NCBI GenBank assembly: GCA_963842945.1
Contig: CAWJIM010000005.1
Coordinates: forward strand, 128,001 to 192,000
Direction of reading: 5' to 3'
DNA from: an uncultured Gemmatimonadales bacterium
GTDB taxonomy: Bacteria; Gemmatimonadota; Gemmatimonadetes; Gemmatimonadales; GWC2-71-9
Length of the DNA stretch: 64,000 bases
This document shows, one piece after another, positions 49,869 to 58,154 of the stretch; position 1 is the stretch's first letter; every line of letters begins with the position of its first letter. The notes below the pieces were generated by a model. That model worked only from the letters and a program-made list of their open reading frames with translations, had not been told where the DNA came from and searched no databases. A program made the translations under genes and the position numbers.

Positions 49869-50189
49869 CCTCCAAGACGCCCCAGTTCACAGCCCGCCGT
49901 GGTCCTGGAGGCAGTGCGACTGAATCCGGCGGGCCCAGTGAGCGAGCTGCTTGTTATTGACGTCCGCCGCGGGTATCATTCCCCCTGATTGATGGCGCCA
50001 CGGCGCCCAAAAAAGTCAGACGAATAACACACGGGCTGGCGTTCATGCTGGCCCGTTTTTTCTTGGCGATCCGTTCCCGGCGCAGTAGCGCCACGGTAGC
50101 CGAGCCCACGTGGAGGCGGAATCCACGGAAACCGTAGTCGGCAGTGCGGCTCGTCCGAGCTCCGATTACATCAGTATCAGGAGTAGGAT

Positions 50190-50399
50190 ATGGCACGTAC
50201 TAATGGCACGGTCAAATGGTTCAATGACGCGAAGGGCTTTGGTTTCATCACGCCCGCGGACGGTCAGAAGGACTGCTTCGTACACCACTCGGCCATTTCG
50301 GGGGAGGGCTTCAAGAGCCTGGCCGAGGGTGACCAGGTCGAGTTCGACGTCGTGCAGGGCCAGAAGGGTCCTGCCGCAGAGAACGTCGTGAAGAAGTAA
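50190..50399 (+). CDS. cspA: Cold shock protein
   Basis: [38 protein letters not shown]. Confidence 0.96.
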   Translation: MARTNGTVKWFNDAKGFGFITPADGQKDCFVHHSAISGEGFKSLAEGDQVEFDVVQGQKGPAAENVVKK

Positions 50400-50419
50400 C
50401 GTAATCAGTGAAGACGTAG

Positions 50420-50468
50420 AAAAACGGCGTGCAGGAGACCATAACTCGTCTCCTGCACGCCGTTCTTC
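50420..50468. terminator. Terminator hairpin between convergent genes
   Basis: aacggcgtgcaggagac / gtctcctgcacgccgtt, 17-bp stem with A-rich and T-rich flanks. Confidence 0.8.
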
Positions 50469-50487
50469 AGCTACGAACTGCTAAACG

Positions 50488-50991
50488 TTACCTGCCGTAG
50501 CTGTCCCCACCATGCCGCGAAAGAACCTCACGGGTCTGGTCTGGAGTAACCACGCCCTGCGTTTCCACGGCTACGAGCACTCCACCGCGCTCGACCGCCG
50601 GACCGTAGAACTCGGCCTCGTCCTTGCTATAACCCGCTTTGCTCAAGCCGCCGGCGATGGCACCTGAGGTACCACCCACGATCGCGCCCGCAGCAAGGGC
50701 CCCACCGGTTGTCCCCAGAGCGGTAGCCAGCGCGCCCGCCGTGATGAAGGGCCCGACACCTGGAATCGCCAGGGCGGCCAAGCCGAAGAGCAGGCCGGCG
50801 CCGGCCCCAGCAGCCGCACCTTTGGCCGCTCGTTTGCCCGCAGTGTCAGTCGAAGCGCCTGCAGCAACAGCCTCTTCCTCGTTCCGGGCGATAAATGATA
50901 GATCCGTATCCGTCACTCCCAGGCGCCGCAGCTCGGTGACAGCTTTCTCGGCCCGCGTCTGGTCGTCAAATACAGCAGTAACTCGCGACAT
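50488..50991 (-). CDS. General stress protein-like membrane protein (Gly-zipper)
   Basis: VTAVFD..AEKAV..L, LAIPGVGPFITAGAL, GGVLVAV. Confidence 0.8.
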   Translation of the reverse strand: MSRVTAVFDDQTRAEKAVTELRRLGVTDTDLSFIARNEEEAVAAGASTDTAGKRAAKGAAAGAGAGLLFGLAALAIPGVGPFITAGALATALGTTGGALAAGAIVGGTSGAIAGGLSKAGYSKDEAEFYGPAVERGGVLVAVETQGVVTPDQTREVLSRHGGDSYGR

Positions 50992-51120
50992 GTAGTTCCT
51001 TGGTTCAGGCTCATAAGGTGAATCTTTAGCCCGCCTATTTAGCACACTCTTCGGGGGAGGGCAGTGAGCCTGGACACAATAAGGCGAGAGGAAGGGTGGA
51101 CGACTACCTGCGCTGTCACG

Positions 51121-51601
51121 TTACAGTGCTAGTGGCGGACCAAGGCGACAGTAGTCGAAGCTGAGGCCGAACCTGCCCCGGGTGCTCAGTTCGAAGAGCT
51201 CGATGGGATTTCCGTCCGGATCGAGCACCTGGATCTGTTTGCCCCCCGGCCCCACCTCCAGGTCGTTCCGAAACTCCAGCTCCGGCGCGCCGTAACACGG
51301 CAATCTTGGCCGGCAGGTCGCTGACCTGCAGCGTGATCCGGTTGGAGCCGCCGGGTTCCTGGGGCTGCCCTCTCACCAGGCGAGAGCCCGATGCGGCGGG
51401 ACCACTGAGGTGAAGCTTCAAGGGCCCGAGTGCCACGGTGGCGAAGGCCGGCAGCTGTTGATACTCGAGCGTGAAGCCCAGGTGCGTCGTGTAGAAAGCG
51501 ACGGCCCGCTGTACGTCGGTGACGAGATACCGCACACCATGAAAGCTGAAGATCGCTGTGGTCGGTGCGGACACCTGGGAGCTTGGTTTAGCGGAGGTCA
51601 T
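51121..51601 (-). CDS. VOC / glyoxalase family protein; frameshift near 51285
   Basis: VRYLVTDVQRAVAFYT..LGF, GGSNRI, GPGGKQIQVLDPDGNPIELFE. Confidence 0.85.
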
Positions 51602-51698
51602 GAGGCACGCTCCTGTGAATAGTTGTCCTGTTGCAGAAAGTACCGCCGGCGTTCTACGAGGCCAAACTGGCCTGGTAGCAGGATCCTCCGCCATTCCG

Positions 51699-52091
51699 TT
51701 AGTACACACTGAAGCTCGAAGTCTGCAGGTTGTTCTCCAGGGTCCAGAAGATGGCCTGCCCCGGGATGACGAGAATCGTCTCCGAGGTGAAAGGCTGTCC
51801 CGCGAGCGGAAGGGCTCGAAGCCGCACGCTGCTGCTGGTATTCAGCCAGCGAGAGGCGAAATCCAAGGTTGCCTCTCCCAGGGCCGAGACCCTGCCCAGC
51901 CGTTGGGAAAGCCCGCCCGCAAGCAGGTAGACTGTGACATCACTCCAGTTGTGATTCTTCACTGATACCACTACTTGCTCCTCAGGCGGCTCCGCGGCCG
52001 GAGCCGCCGAATAGCGGTGGAAGAGTCCACCGCAACTGCAGAGCAACACAGCGGTGGTCAGGCAGGTGGCAGCGAGATGAGCGCTCGGCAT
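51699..52091 (-). CDS. Hypothetical lipoprotein
   Basis: Signal peptide with Cys; VSVKNHNWSDVTVY..RLGRV; RBS GGAGGT. Confidence 0.7.
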   Translation of the reverse strand: MPSAHLAATCLTTAVLLCSCGGLFHRYSAAPAAEPPEEQVVVSVKNHNWSDVTVYLLAGGLSQRLGRVSALGEATLDFASRWLNTSSSVRLRALPLAGQPFTSETILVIPGQAIFWTLENNLQTSSFSVY

Positions 52092-52109
52092 GGTGACCTC
52101 CAGATCGCT

Positions 52110-52151
52110 TTACCTACACTGTAGGTAACCGTTAACCTACAGTGTTGGTAA
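52110..52151. promoter_or_regulatory. Tandem palindromic operators, probably bound by the adjacent TetR
   Basis: Perfect TTACCTACA-C-TGTAGGTAA (52110-52128) and imperfect TAACCTACA-G-TGTTGGTAA (52133-52151) in the divergent intergenic gap. Confidence 0.75.
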
Positions 52152-52181
52152 TTGCCGTCAAGTCCGGCTAGCTTTGGGCCC

Positions 52182-52796
52182 ATGGGAAGACCCCGTCTGA
52201 CTAGGGCCCGTATCCTGTCCACCGCCATCCAACTGGCCGACCGGGAGGGGCTGGAGGCCGTCACCCTCCGCCGGCTGGCGGCCCGGCTGGGGGTACACGT
52301 CACCTCCCTCTACAATCACGTGCCGACCAAAGAGGCGGTGCTGGATGGGATCGCCGAGAAACTGATCGAAGAAGCCAGGCTGCCGACTGGAGAGATGAAG
52401 TGGGAGGACTGGGTTCGCCGGTTCGCGGCTGCTCTGCGAACCGTGGCCCAGAAGCACCCCGGCGCGTTCGCGGTGCTGCACTACCGTCCGGTTCAGGGAC
52501 CGCAAGCGGCCCTGTGGGCCGAAGCCGGACTGGCAGCGTTCCACGCGGGAGGCTTCGGCCCGGCCCAAGCGTACTGCGCATTCAAGTCGACCACCCTCGC
52601 GGTGCTCGGCCTGATACTCGATGATCTTGCCGGCCTGCGGACTCCCGATCTGGAATCCGACCTGAGTCTGCTGCCGCCCGAGCACTTTCCCCGCATCCAC
52701 GAAGCCAGTGCGGTGGCCGAGAAGGCGGATGCCTGGAGCTACCTGATTGAGAGTCTCATTCGGGGTTTCGCGGGCACATCACCGATCGGTCCTTGA
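52182..52796 (+). CDS. TetR/AcrR family regulator with TetR-class C-terminal domain
   Basis: LTRARILSTAIQLADREGLEAVTLRRLAARLGV..SLYNHV. Confidence 0.92.
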   Translation: MGRPRLTRARILSTAIQLADREGLEAVTLRRLAARLGVHVTSLYNHVPTKEAVLDGIAEKLIEEARLPTGEMKWEDWVRRFAAALRTVAQKHPGAFAVLHYRPVQGPQAALWAEAGLAAFHAGGFGPAQAYCAFKSTTLAVLGLILDDLAGLRTPDLESDLSLLPPEHFPRIHEASAVAEKADAWSYLIESLIRGFAGTSPIGP

Positions 52797-52825
52797 TCTC
52801 AGGGTCTCACGTAAAGGAGCTCTCC

Positions 52826-53308
52826 ATGTTCCGGTACCTGCCACGCTTCCTATCCCTGCCGATCTTTCTTCTTCTGCTGCCGGCCCCTGCGCTCGCCCAG
52901 GAGCCGACCCACGCGGCCCCCGCAGCCGTGACAGCTGAGATACGCGAGGCGACTCGCCGCTACGACGACGCGCTCCGGCGGTCCGATGCGGCGGCAGTCG
53001 AGCAGTTCTGGGCCCCCGAGTACACCTTCGTCAACCCTCGGGGCGAGCGCGTCACCCGCGCCGATCGTCTGGCAAACCTGCGCGCAACCCGGACCGCGTT
53101 TGACTCGCTCGCCCATGCACCGGAGGACGAGCAGATCCGCGCGTACGGAAACGGCGACGTGGCGGTGTACACCACGCTCCTCACGATCGGCGGCCGGTAC
53201 GGGGGCCAGACAGCGCAGGGCCGCTATCGCGCGTTGGTCGTCTGGGTCCGCCGCGAGGGACGGTGGCAGCAGGTCGCGAGTCAACTCACCCAGGTGCTCG
53301 CTCGCTGA
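52826..53308 (+). CDS. Secreted NTF2-like (DUF4440) protein
   Basis: Signal peptide ending ALA-Q; YTFVNPRG, YGNGDVAV, VWVRREGRWQ. Confidence 0.8.
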   Translation: MFRYLPRFLSLPIFLLLLPAPALAQEPTHAAPAAVTAEIREATRRYDDALRRSDAAAVEQFWAPEYTFVNPRGERVTRADRLANLRATRTAFDSLAHAPEDEQIRAYGNGDVAVYTTLLTIGGRYGGQTAQGRYRALVVWVRREGRWQQVASQLTQVLAR

Positions 53309-53511
53309 GGCCGTGGCCTGGTGCTCGCGACGCGCTCGTCACCTCCGCTGACTAGCTGATCTGATTCTTAGGGCCGGCCTGCTCCTCTAGACCGGATACC
53401 TCTCAGAACCGTCAAGCTTCTCCGGTGGTCGCGGGATGGATTGTGAAAGCCAGAAGCAAGGTCGCCGCTCTCTGGCGGCCCTGAGAGAGCAAGTGAACAG
53501 CAGGGGGCGCC

Positions 53512-53632
53512 GGCCACATTCCAGTGGTACCGGCGCTCACTCACCAGGAGGACCCATGCCGGAGAAATAGAAGAGACTATCGAGCGCGCACGAGAGGACG
53601 CTCGCGAAGGCAAGTCGCCGTCCAGCAGGCCA
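53512..53632 (+). pseudogene. Decayed duplicate of the upstream region and 5' end of the 53715 gene
   Basis: cggcgctcactcaccaggaggacccATGccggagaaaTAG.. parallels 53690-53786, with a premature stop and indels. Confidence 0.88.
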
Positions 53633-53635
53633 GGG

Positions 53636-53654
53636 GGGTGATCCACACCACGGT
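53636..53654 (+). repeat. 19-bp dispersed motif, copy 3
   Basis: Exact match, located where the decayed duplicate breaks off. Confidence 0.9.
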
Positions 53655-53714
53655 GCGCCATAGCGGTGCCAGCCACTGTTCGAGTCACACGGCGCTCACC
53701 CACCAGGAGGACCC

Positions 53715-54215
53715 ATGCCGGAGAAAAAGACGATCGAGCGCGCGCGAGAGGACGCTCGCGAGGGAAAGTCGCCGTCCACCCAGGCCGGCGAGTTCGTGCG
53801 GGAAGAAATCCATCACATCCGAGAAGGCAAGCACGGGGCCAGCTCCACCAAGCAGGCGATCGCCATCGGCCTGTCGAAGGCCCGGCGGGCCGGAGTGAAG
53901 CTGAAGCCGCCCAAGAAAGGCACCACCTCCGAGGCAACCCGCCGCGCCGCCGCGCGCGACTCCCGAAAGGCCCGAAGTGGCGGCCTGAAGAAGACGTCGC
54001 CCCGGCGCTCGCGGGCGATGCTGAACCGGCTCAAGCGCGAAGGCCACAGCGCCGCGTCTCCTCAGGCGCTGGCGAGACAGGCCCGGTCGGCCGCTCGTCG
54101 CCGGAGTGCGGCGAGCAGGTCGGCCTCGGCCAAGCAGGCCGCGCCCACCAAGGGGCCGGCCAAGCGGCGGGCCGCGGCGAAGAAAGGGGCGACGACCAGG
54201 GCGCGGCGCGGATAA
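53715..54215 (+). CDS. Highly basic putative DNA-binding protein (DUF6496-like)
   Basis: RBS AGGAGG; GKSPSTQAGEFVREEIHHIREGKHGA..KQAIAIGLSKARRAG; K/R/A-rich tail. Confidence 0.8.
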   Translation: MPEKKTIERAREDAREGKSPSTQAGEFVREEIHHIREGKHGASSTKQAIAIGLSKARRAGVKLKPPKKGTTSEATRRAAARDSRKARSGGLKKTSPRRSRAMLNRLKREGHSAASPQALARQARSAARRRSAASRSASAKQAAPTKGPAKRRAAAKKGATTRARRG

Positions 54216-54219
54216 CACC

Positions 54220-55839
54220 ATGCCTAAGCCTGCCGGCCGGAAGAAAGCCGCACCCGCGGTCGAAGAACGCGAAGTAAACGAGTCCGCCTCTTCAACATCC
54301 CTGCCTGACTACAGCGTCGCTATCGTCGAGGCCGTGCGGGAGCCGCTGGTGCTCCTGGACTCGGGCCTCCGCGTGTTGGTCGCCAACGCGGCCTTCTATC
54401 GGACCTTCGACGTGACCCCTGCCGTCGTTCGGCGGCGGTCCCTGTTCGACCTCGCCCACAGCCGGTGGGACGCCCCCGAGCTCCACGCCGTCCTGCAGGA
54501 ATTGCAGGAACGGGATATCGCCTTCGAGAACCATGAGGTCCGCGTCACCATCGACGGCCAGCCGAGGATCTACCGGCTCAACGCCCGGAAGCTCGACTCG
54601 TCCAATCCTGCCAACCAGACCATCCTGCTCGCGTTCGAGGACGTAACCGAACAACTGCGCATGGACGAGCGGTTGCGCGATCTGGCCCGGATGGAGGCCA
54701 TCGGGCAGCTGGCCGGGGGCGTGGCGCACGAGATCAACAATCAAATGACGGTCCTCACCGGTTTCCTGGCGTTCGTGACCCGGGACCTTCAGCCGGACGA
54801 TCCGAAGGGGAAAGACCTCCAGTACGCTCGGCACGCCGCCGAGCACGTCATCTATATCACCCGCCAGCTGCTGAACTTCAGCCGCAAGCAGCTGATCAGG
54901 CGCGAGATCATTGATCCCTGGACTTTGCTCCAGGGCATGCAAACGCTGCTGGGCCGGGTGATCGGATCGGGCATCCTGGTTAACGTCGTCCAGGAAGGAG
55001 ACGTCCGGGCGGTCGAGTTCGACCCGACCCAGCTGGGAGAATTATTCATCAACCTCGCCCTGAACTCGCGCTACGCCATGGGGCGGGCCGGTACCCTGGA
55101 GATTACCCTCTCCACCGTCGAGGTGGACGAGACCGGCAATGTCGAGGCACCGTTCCCAGGCCAACCTCCCGGGAGGTATGTCCGGATCGAGGTGCGCGAC
55201 ACGGGGACCGGCATGGATGAGGACACCCGCAAGCGAATCTTCGAGCCGTTTTTCACCACCAAGCCCATCGGTGAGGGTACCGGACTCGGATTGGCCAGCG
55301 TAATGGGGGCGATAACCCAGAACGGGGGCTTTATCCGGGCAGAGAGTCAGCTCGGCGTCGGCACCACCTTCATCATCGAGCTGCCTGAGGTTGCCCCGGA
55401 CTTGGCAGTGGATCGCGAGACCGGCAATGCGGAGGACCTGCCACGGGGAGACGAGACCATTCTTGTGGCGGAAGATGAGGACGGAGTCCGCAGCTGGATC
55501 AGCCGGGTACTCAGTGACCTGGGATACACCGTCCTGGAGGCTCGTCACGGGGAGGAAGCGCTGAAGCTGTTTGCCAACAACGCCGCCGAGGTGCGACTGG
55601 TCCTGGCCGATCTGGTGATGCCGGAGGCGGATGGGCGTCAGCTCGGCGAAGCGATGACCACTCGCGCTCCGGATGTGCCCGTCCTCTACATGTCCGCCTA
55701 CACCGAGGACGAGATCATCCGCCGGCGACTGCTCGAGCCCTCGGTCCCATTTCTGCAGAAGCCATTCTCACCCTGGCAGCTGGCTCAATCGGTGCGCGCC
55801 GCACTGGACTTGCCGTCGGCGGCCGGCCTTGGTTCTTGA
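54220..55839 (+). CDS. PAS-domain hybrid sensor histidine kinase / response regulator
   Basis: PAS; GGVAHEINN, NLALNS, DTGTGM, FEPFFTTK, GTGLGL; receiver ILVAEDE..DLVMP..KPF. Confidence 0.93.
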   Translation: MPKPAGRKKAAPAVEEREVNESASSTSLPDYSVAIVEAVREPLVLLDSGLRVLVANAAFYRTFDVTPAVVRRRSLFDLAHSRWDAPELHAVLQELQERDIAFENHEVRVTIDGQPRIYRLNARKLDSSNPANQTILLAFEDVTEQLRMDERLRDLARMEAIGQLAGGVAHEINNQMTVLTGFLAFVTRDLQPDDPKGKDLQYARHAAEHVIYITRQLLNFSRKQLIRREIIDPWTLLQGMQTLLGRVIGSGILVNVVQEGDVRAVEFDPTQLGELFINLALNSRYAMGRAGTLEITLSTVEVDETGNVEAPFPGQPPGRYVRIEVRDTGTGMDEDTRKRIFEPFFTTKPIGEGTGLGLASVMGAITQNGGFIRAESQLGVGTTFIIELPEVAPDLAVDRETGNAEDLPRGDETILVAEDEDGVRSWISRVLSDLGYTVLEARHGEEALKLFANNAAEVRLVLADLVMPEADGRQLGEAMTTRAPDVPVLYMSAYTEDEIIRRRLLEPSVPFLQKPFSPWQLAQSVRAALDLPSAAGLGS

Positions 55840-55970
55840 TGTAGAGGATTGGAAGCGTCGGCAGTTGCGCCCGGACATCTGTGGAGGTCTGGTGGTGGGG
55901 ACGCCTAACCCTCTGTACCCCAAAGAGGGCCGTCGTACCGCAATAGGAGTAGTCCACCAGGTCCTCATCG

Positions 55971-56008
55971 TCCCGCTTACCGCTTACCGCTCACCGCTCA
56001 CGCTTTTC
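55971..56008. repeat. Heptamer array (ACCGCTT/ACCGCTC) after the tamA stop
   Basis: tcccgcttaccgcttaccgctcaccgctcacgcttttcc. Confidence 0.85.
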
Positions 56009-56009
56009 C

Positions 56010-58154
56010 TTAGAAGCTCGACCCGATCGAGAAATGCAGGTGCCACCGCCGCCCATTCTCGGTGGGCACCGTGCTGAGGGGGCGGCCCTCCTCCAGCGCG
56101 GCGAACACGCCCGCCGGAGAACGAAGGTCCAACGGGGAAGGGTTGAGCTTGTAGCCCACGGCGACCGCGACCGCGCCCACCACGGTTTCGTAGCCGATGC
56201 CGGCTCCCACCGAGGTGTAGAGCTTGTCCTGATCCAGCTCGCCGGCCTGGAGCTGGAACCGGGTGTCCGGAGTCCAGATCCGGCCGCTATCGAAAAAGGC
56301 GAAGCTCTCCCATGCCTTCCCCATCCCAGGAACCGGAAGCTGCAGCTCGGCGCTGCCGATGAACCGGGCCAGTCCGCCGACCGGAGCGTACCGGTCGGCG
56401 ATGGTGTCGGTCACTCCGTTCTGGGTCTGTATGCTCACCTGCGGCAGTTTCGGACCCACCAGCTCGCTCCCCCAGCCTCGCACATCCCGAGTACCGCCGG
56501 CAGTAAAGTCCACGTCGTCTAGCCGAAGCAGCGAGACGAAGGGAGACTCCTCCCCGACCCCGCTGAGGCTCTTGCCGAAGGCGAAGATCCGTCCGGCACT
56601 GAGCCGGACGGTAAATCCCACCCTCGATGAGACTGGCAGGAACGCAGTGCCGCCGGCCTCCAGCAGCAGATACTCCGCGGTATTGAACCCCGGCGTGGTC
56701 ACCTCGATCCGCGGGCGGAGGACGTAGCCCTTCCGCGGATTGGCCAGCTTATCCAGCCCGCCATAGGTCCCCTGCAAGCTGACCGTGCTTCGGTTTCGCA
56801 CCGCCCCGAGCTGGCCCGCGACATTCGAGTCGGCCAGGCCCAGTAGAGGGAGGTACTGCACCGGATCCAGGTTCTCACCGTACCCGTACGCCAGGATTTC
56901 GCGGTGTGAGATGGTGTAACCCAGTGCAATCGAGCGGAGTGGTCCCACCGCGTATGCCAGCGAGGCCTCGAGTCCGCCGGCCCGAGATCGGTCGCGCAGA
57001 TCGTTCCGGTACTCGACGTACGGTCCCAGCGCGAGCGAGAGCCGGCGGTGGCCGATGTAGGGCAGGAACAGCGTGGCCGAGGCCCGGTAGAGCTGCTGGG
57101 CCGGATCCTCGAATGAGAGGGCCCCGGTCTGTGCGGTACCGGTCACCGTGAACGTGCGAACTCCCTGCAGGAAGCTCCGGTGAGTCCAGTTGACCTCGCC
57201 GGTGACTCCGCCGGCCGAGACGAGACCAGCCTCCCCGCGAATCAGATGCGGCTGGTTCATGGTGACGTCGAGGTGCACCACCACGGTGGAATCGTCGGCG
57301 CTCTCCCGCGGCACGTCGAAGAGGGCCAGCCGGACCAGATCCAGCTGCACCAGCTGCTGCCGGCCCTTCTCCAATTCGCCCAGGTTATACCAGTCGCCCG
57401 CCTTCACCGTGAGTTGCCGAGTGATCTGGTGCGCCGGAATATTCCCGTTGCCGCTTACCACGATCTCCCGGATGCGGGCGCGGATCCCGGGGCGCACCAG
57501 CACGGTGACTTCCGCCCGGTTGGCTGCACTGTCGGTCACGGCTCGAGCGGCGGCCACCGCGAAGGGGTAGCCCCGATCGCGAAACCAGCGCGTGGTGCTG
57601 TCGGCCAGGCCCCGCTGTTCATCCTGGCCGAAGCGGTCGGCCGTCCGCTGCGCCCGCTTCACGAACTGGTCCCACTGGGGGGCGAGGTCCGGCGGAAATT
57701 TGAGAGTGCCACTGTCACCCACGAATCGGACCGAGTGCAGCAGCAGGGGCGGCCCCTCGGTGATCACGTACGTCACCTGAATCAGATCCGATTTGGCGTT
57801 GTAGCGTGCCTCGTGACCGACCTCGGCCTTAGGGAACCCCGACCGATAGTAGTGGTTGCGAAGTCGCACCTGGTCGCGCTGCATTTCGAGGGGATCGAAG
57901 AGATGAGAACCGACCGGTGGCACGAACGGCAGAAATCCGAGGGTCCGACGAAGTCCCACCATGCCGCCCTGGCCACTGAGCGCGACTTTCGTGCGGAGCT
58001 CCTCCTCAGGAAGAGTGTGCATCCCCTTGAACCGGAACTCGACCGACTTCACCTGAGTCTTGGGACCGACCCGGCTGAGCGGGTCCTGGGCCCGAAGCGG
58101 GCTCGCCGCCGTGGCCAGCAGGCTCAGCGCGATTGCCCACCGGTCAATACGCAT
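56010..58154 (-). CDS. tamA: Omp85 family (TamA/BamA-like) outer membrane protein
   Basis: Signal peptide, POTRA-like repeats, AGGTRDVRGW, C-terminal HFSIGSSF; coupled to a TamB-like gene. Confidence 0.85.
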   Translation of the reverse strand: MRIDRWAIALSLLATAASPLRAQDPLSRVGPKTQVKSVEFRFKGMHTLPEEELRTKVALSGQGGMVGLRRTLGFLPFVPPVGSHLFDPLEMQRDQVRLRNHYYRSGFPKAEVGHEARYNAKSDLIQVTYVITEGPPLLLHSVRFVGDSGTLKFPPDLAPQWDQFVKRAQRTADRFGQDEQRGLADSTTRWFRDRGYPFAVAAARAVTDSAANRAEVTVLVRPGIRARIREIVVSGNGNIPAHQITRQLTVKAGDWYNLGELEKGRQQLVQLDLVRLALFDVPRESADDSTVVVHLDVTMNQPHLIRGEAGLVSAGGVTGEVNWTHRSFLQGVRTFTVTGTAQTGALSFEDPAQQLYRASATLFLPYIGHRRLSLALGPYVEYRNDLRDRSRAGGLEASLAYAVGPLRSIALGYTISHREILAYGYGENLDPVQYLPLLGLADSNVAGQLGAVRNRSTVSLQGTYGGLDKLANPRKGYVLRPRIEVTTPGFNTAEYLLLEAGGTAFLPVSSRVGFTVRLSAGRIFAFGKSLSGVGEESPFVSLLRLDDVDFTAGGTRDVRGWGSELVGPKLPQVSIQTQNGVTDTIADRYAPVGGLARFIGSAELQLPVPGMGKAWESFAFFDSGRIWTPDTRFQLQAGELDQDKLYTSVGAGIGYETVVGAVAVAVGYKLNPSPLDLRSPAGVFAALEEGRPLSTVPTENGRRWHLHFSIGSSF

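Noticed and set aside
43300..56000. Integron or prophage
   Set aside because: No intI or other integrase, no attC-type RYYYAAC..GTTRRRY sites, no phage genes, and mixed gene orientation.
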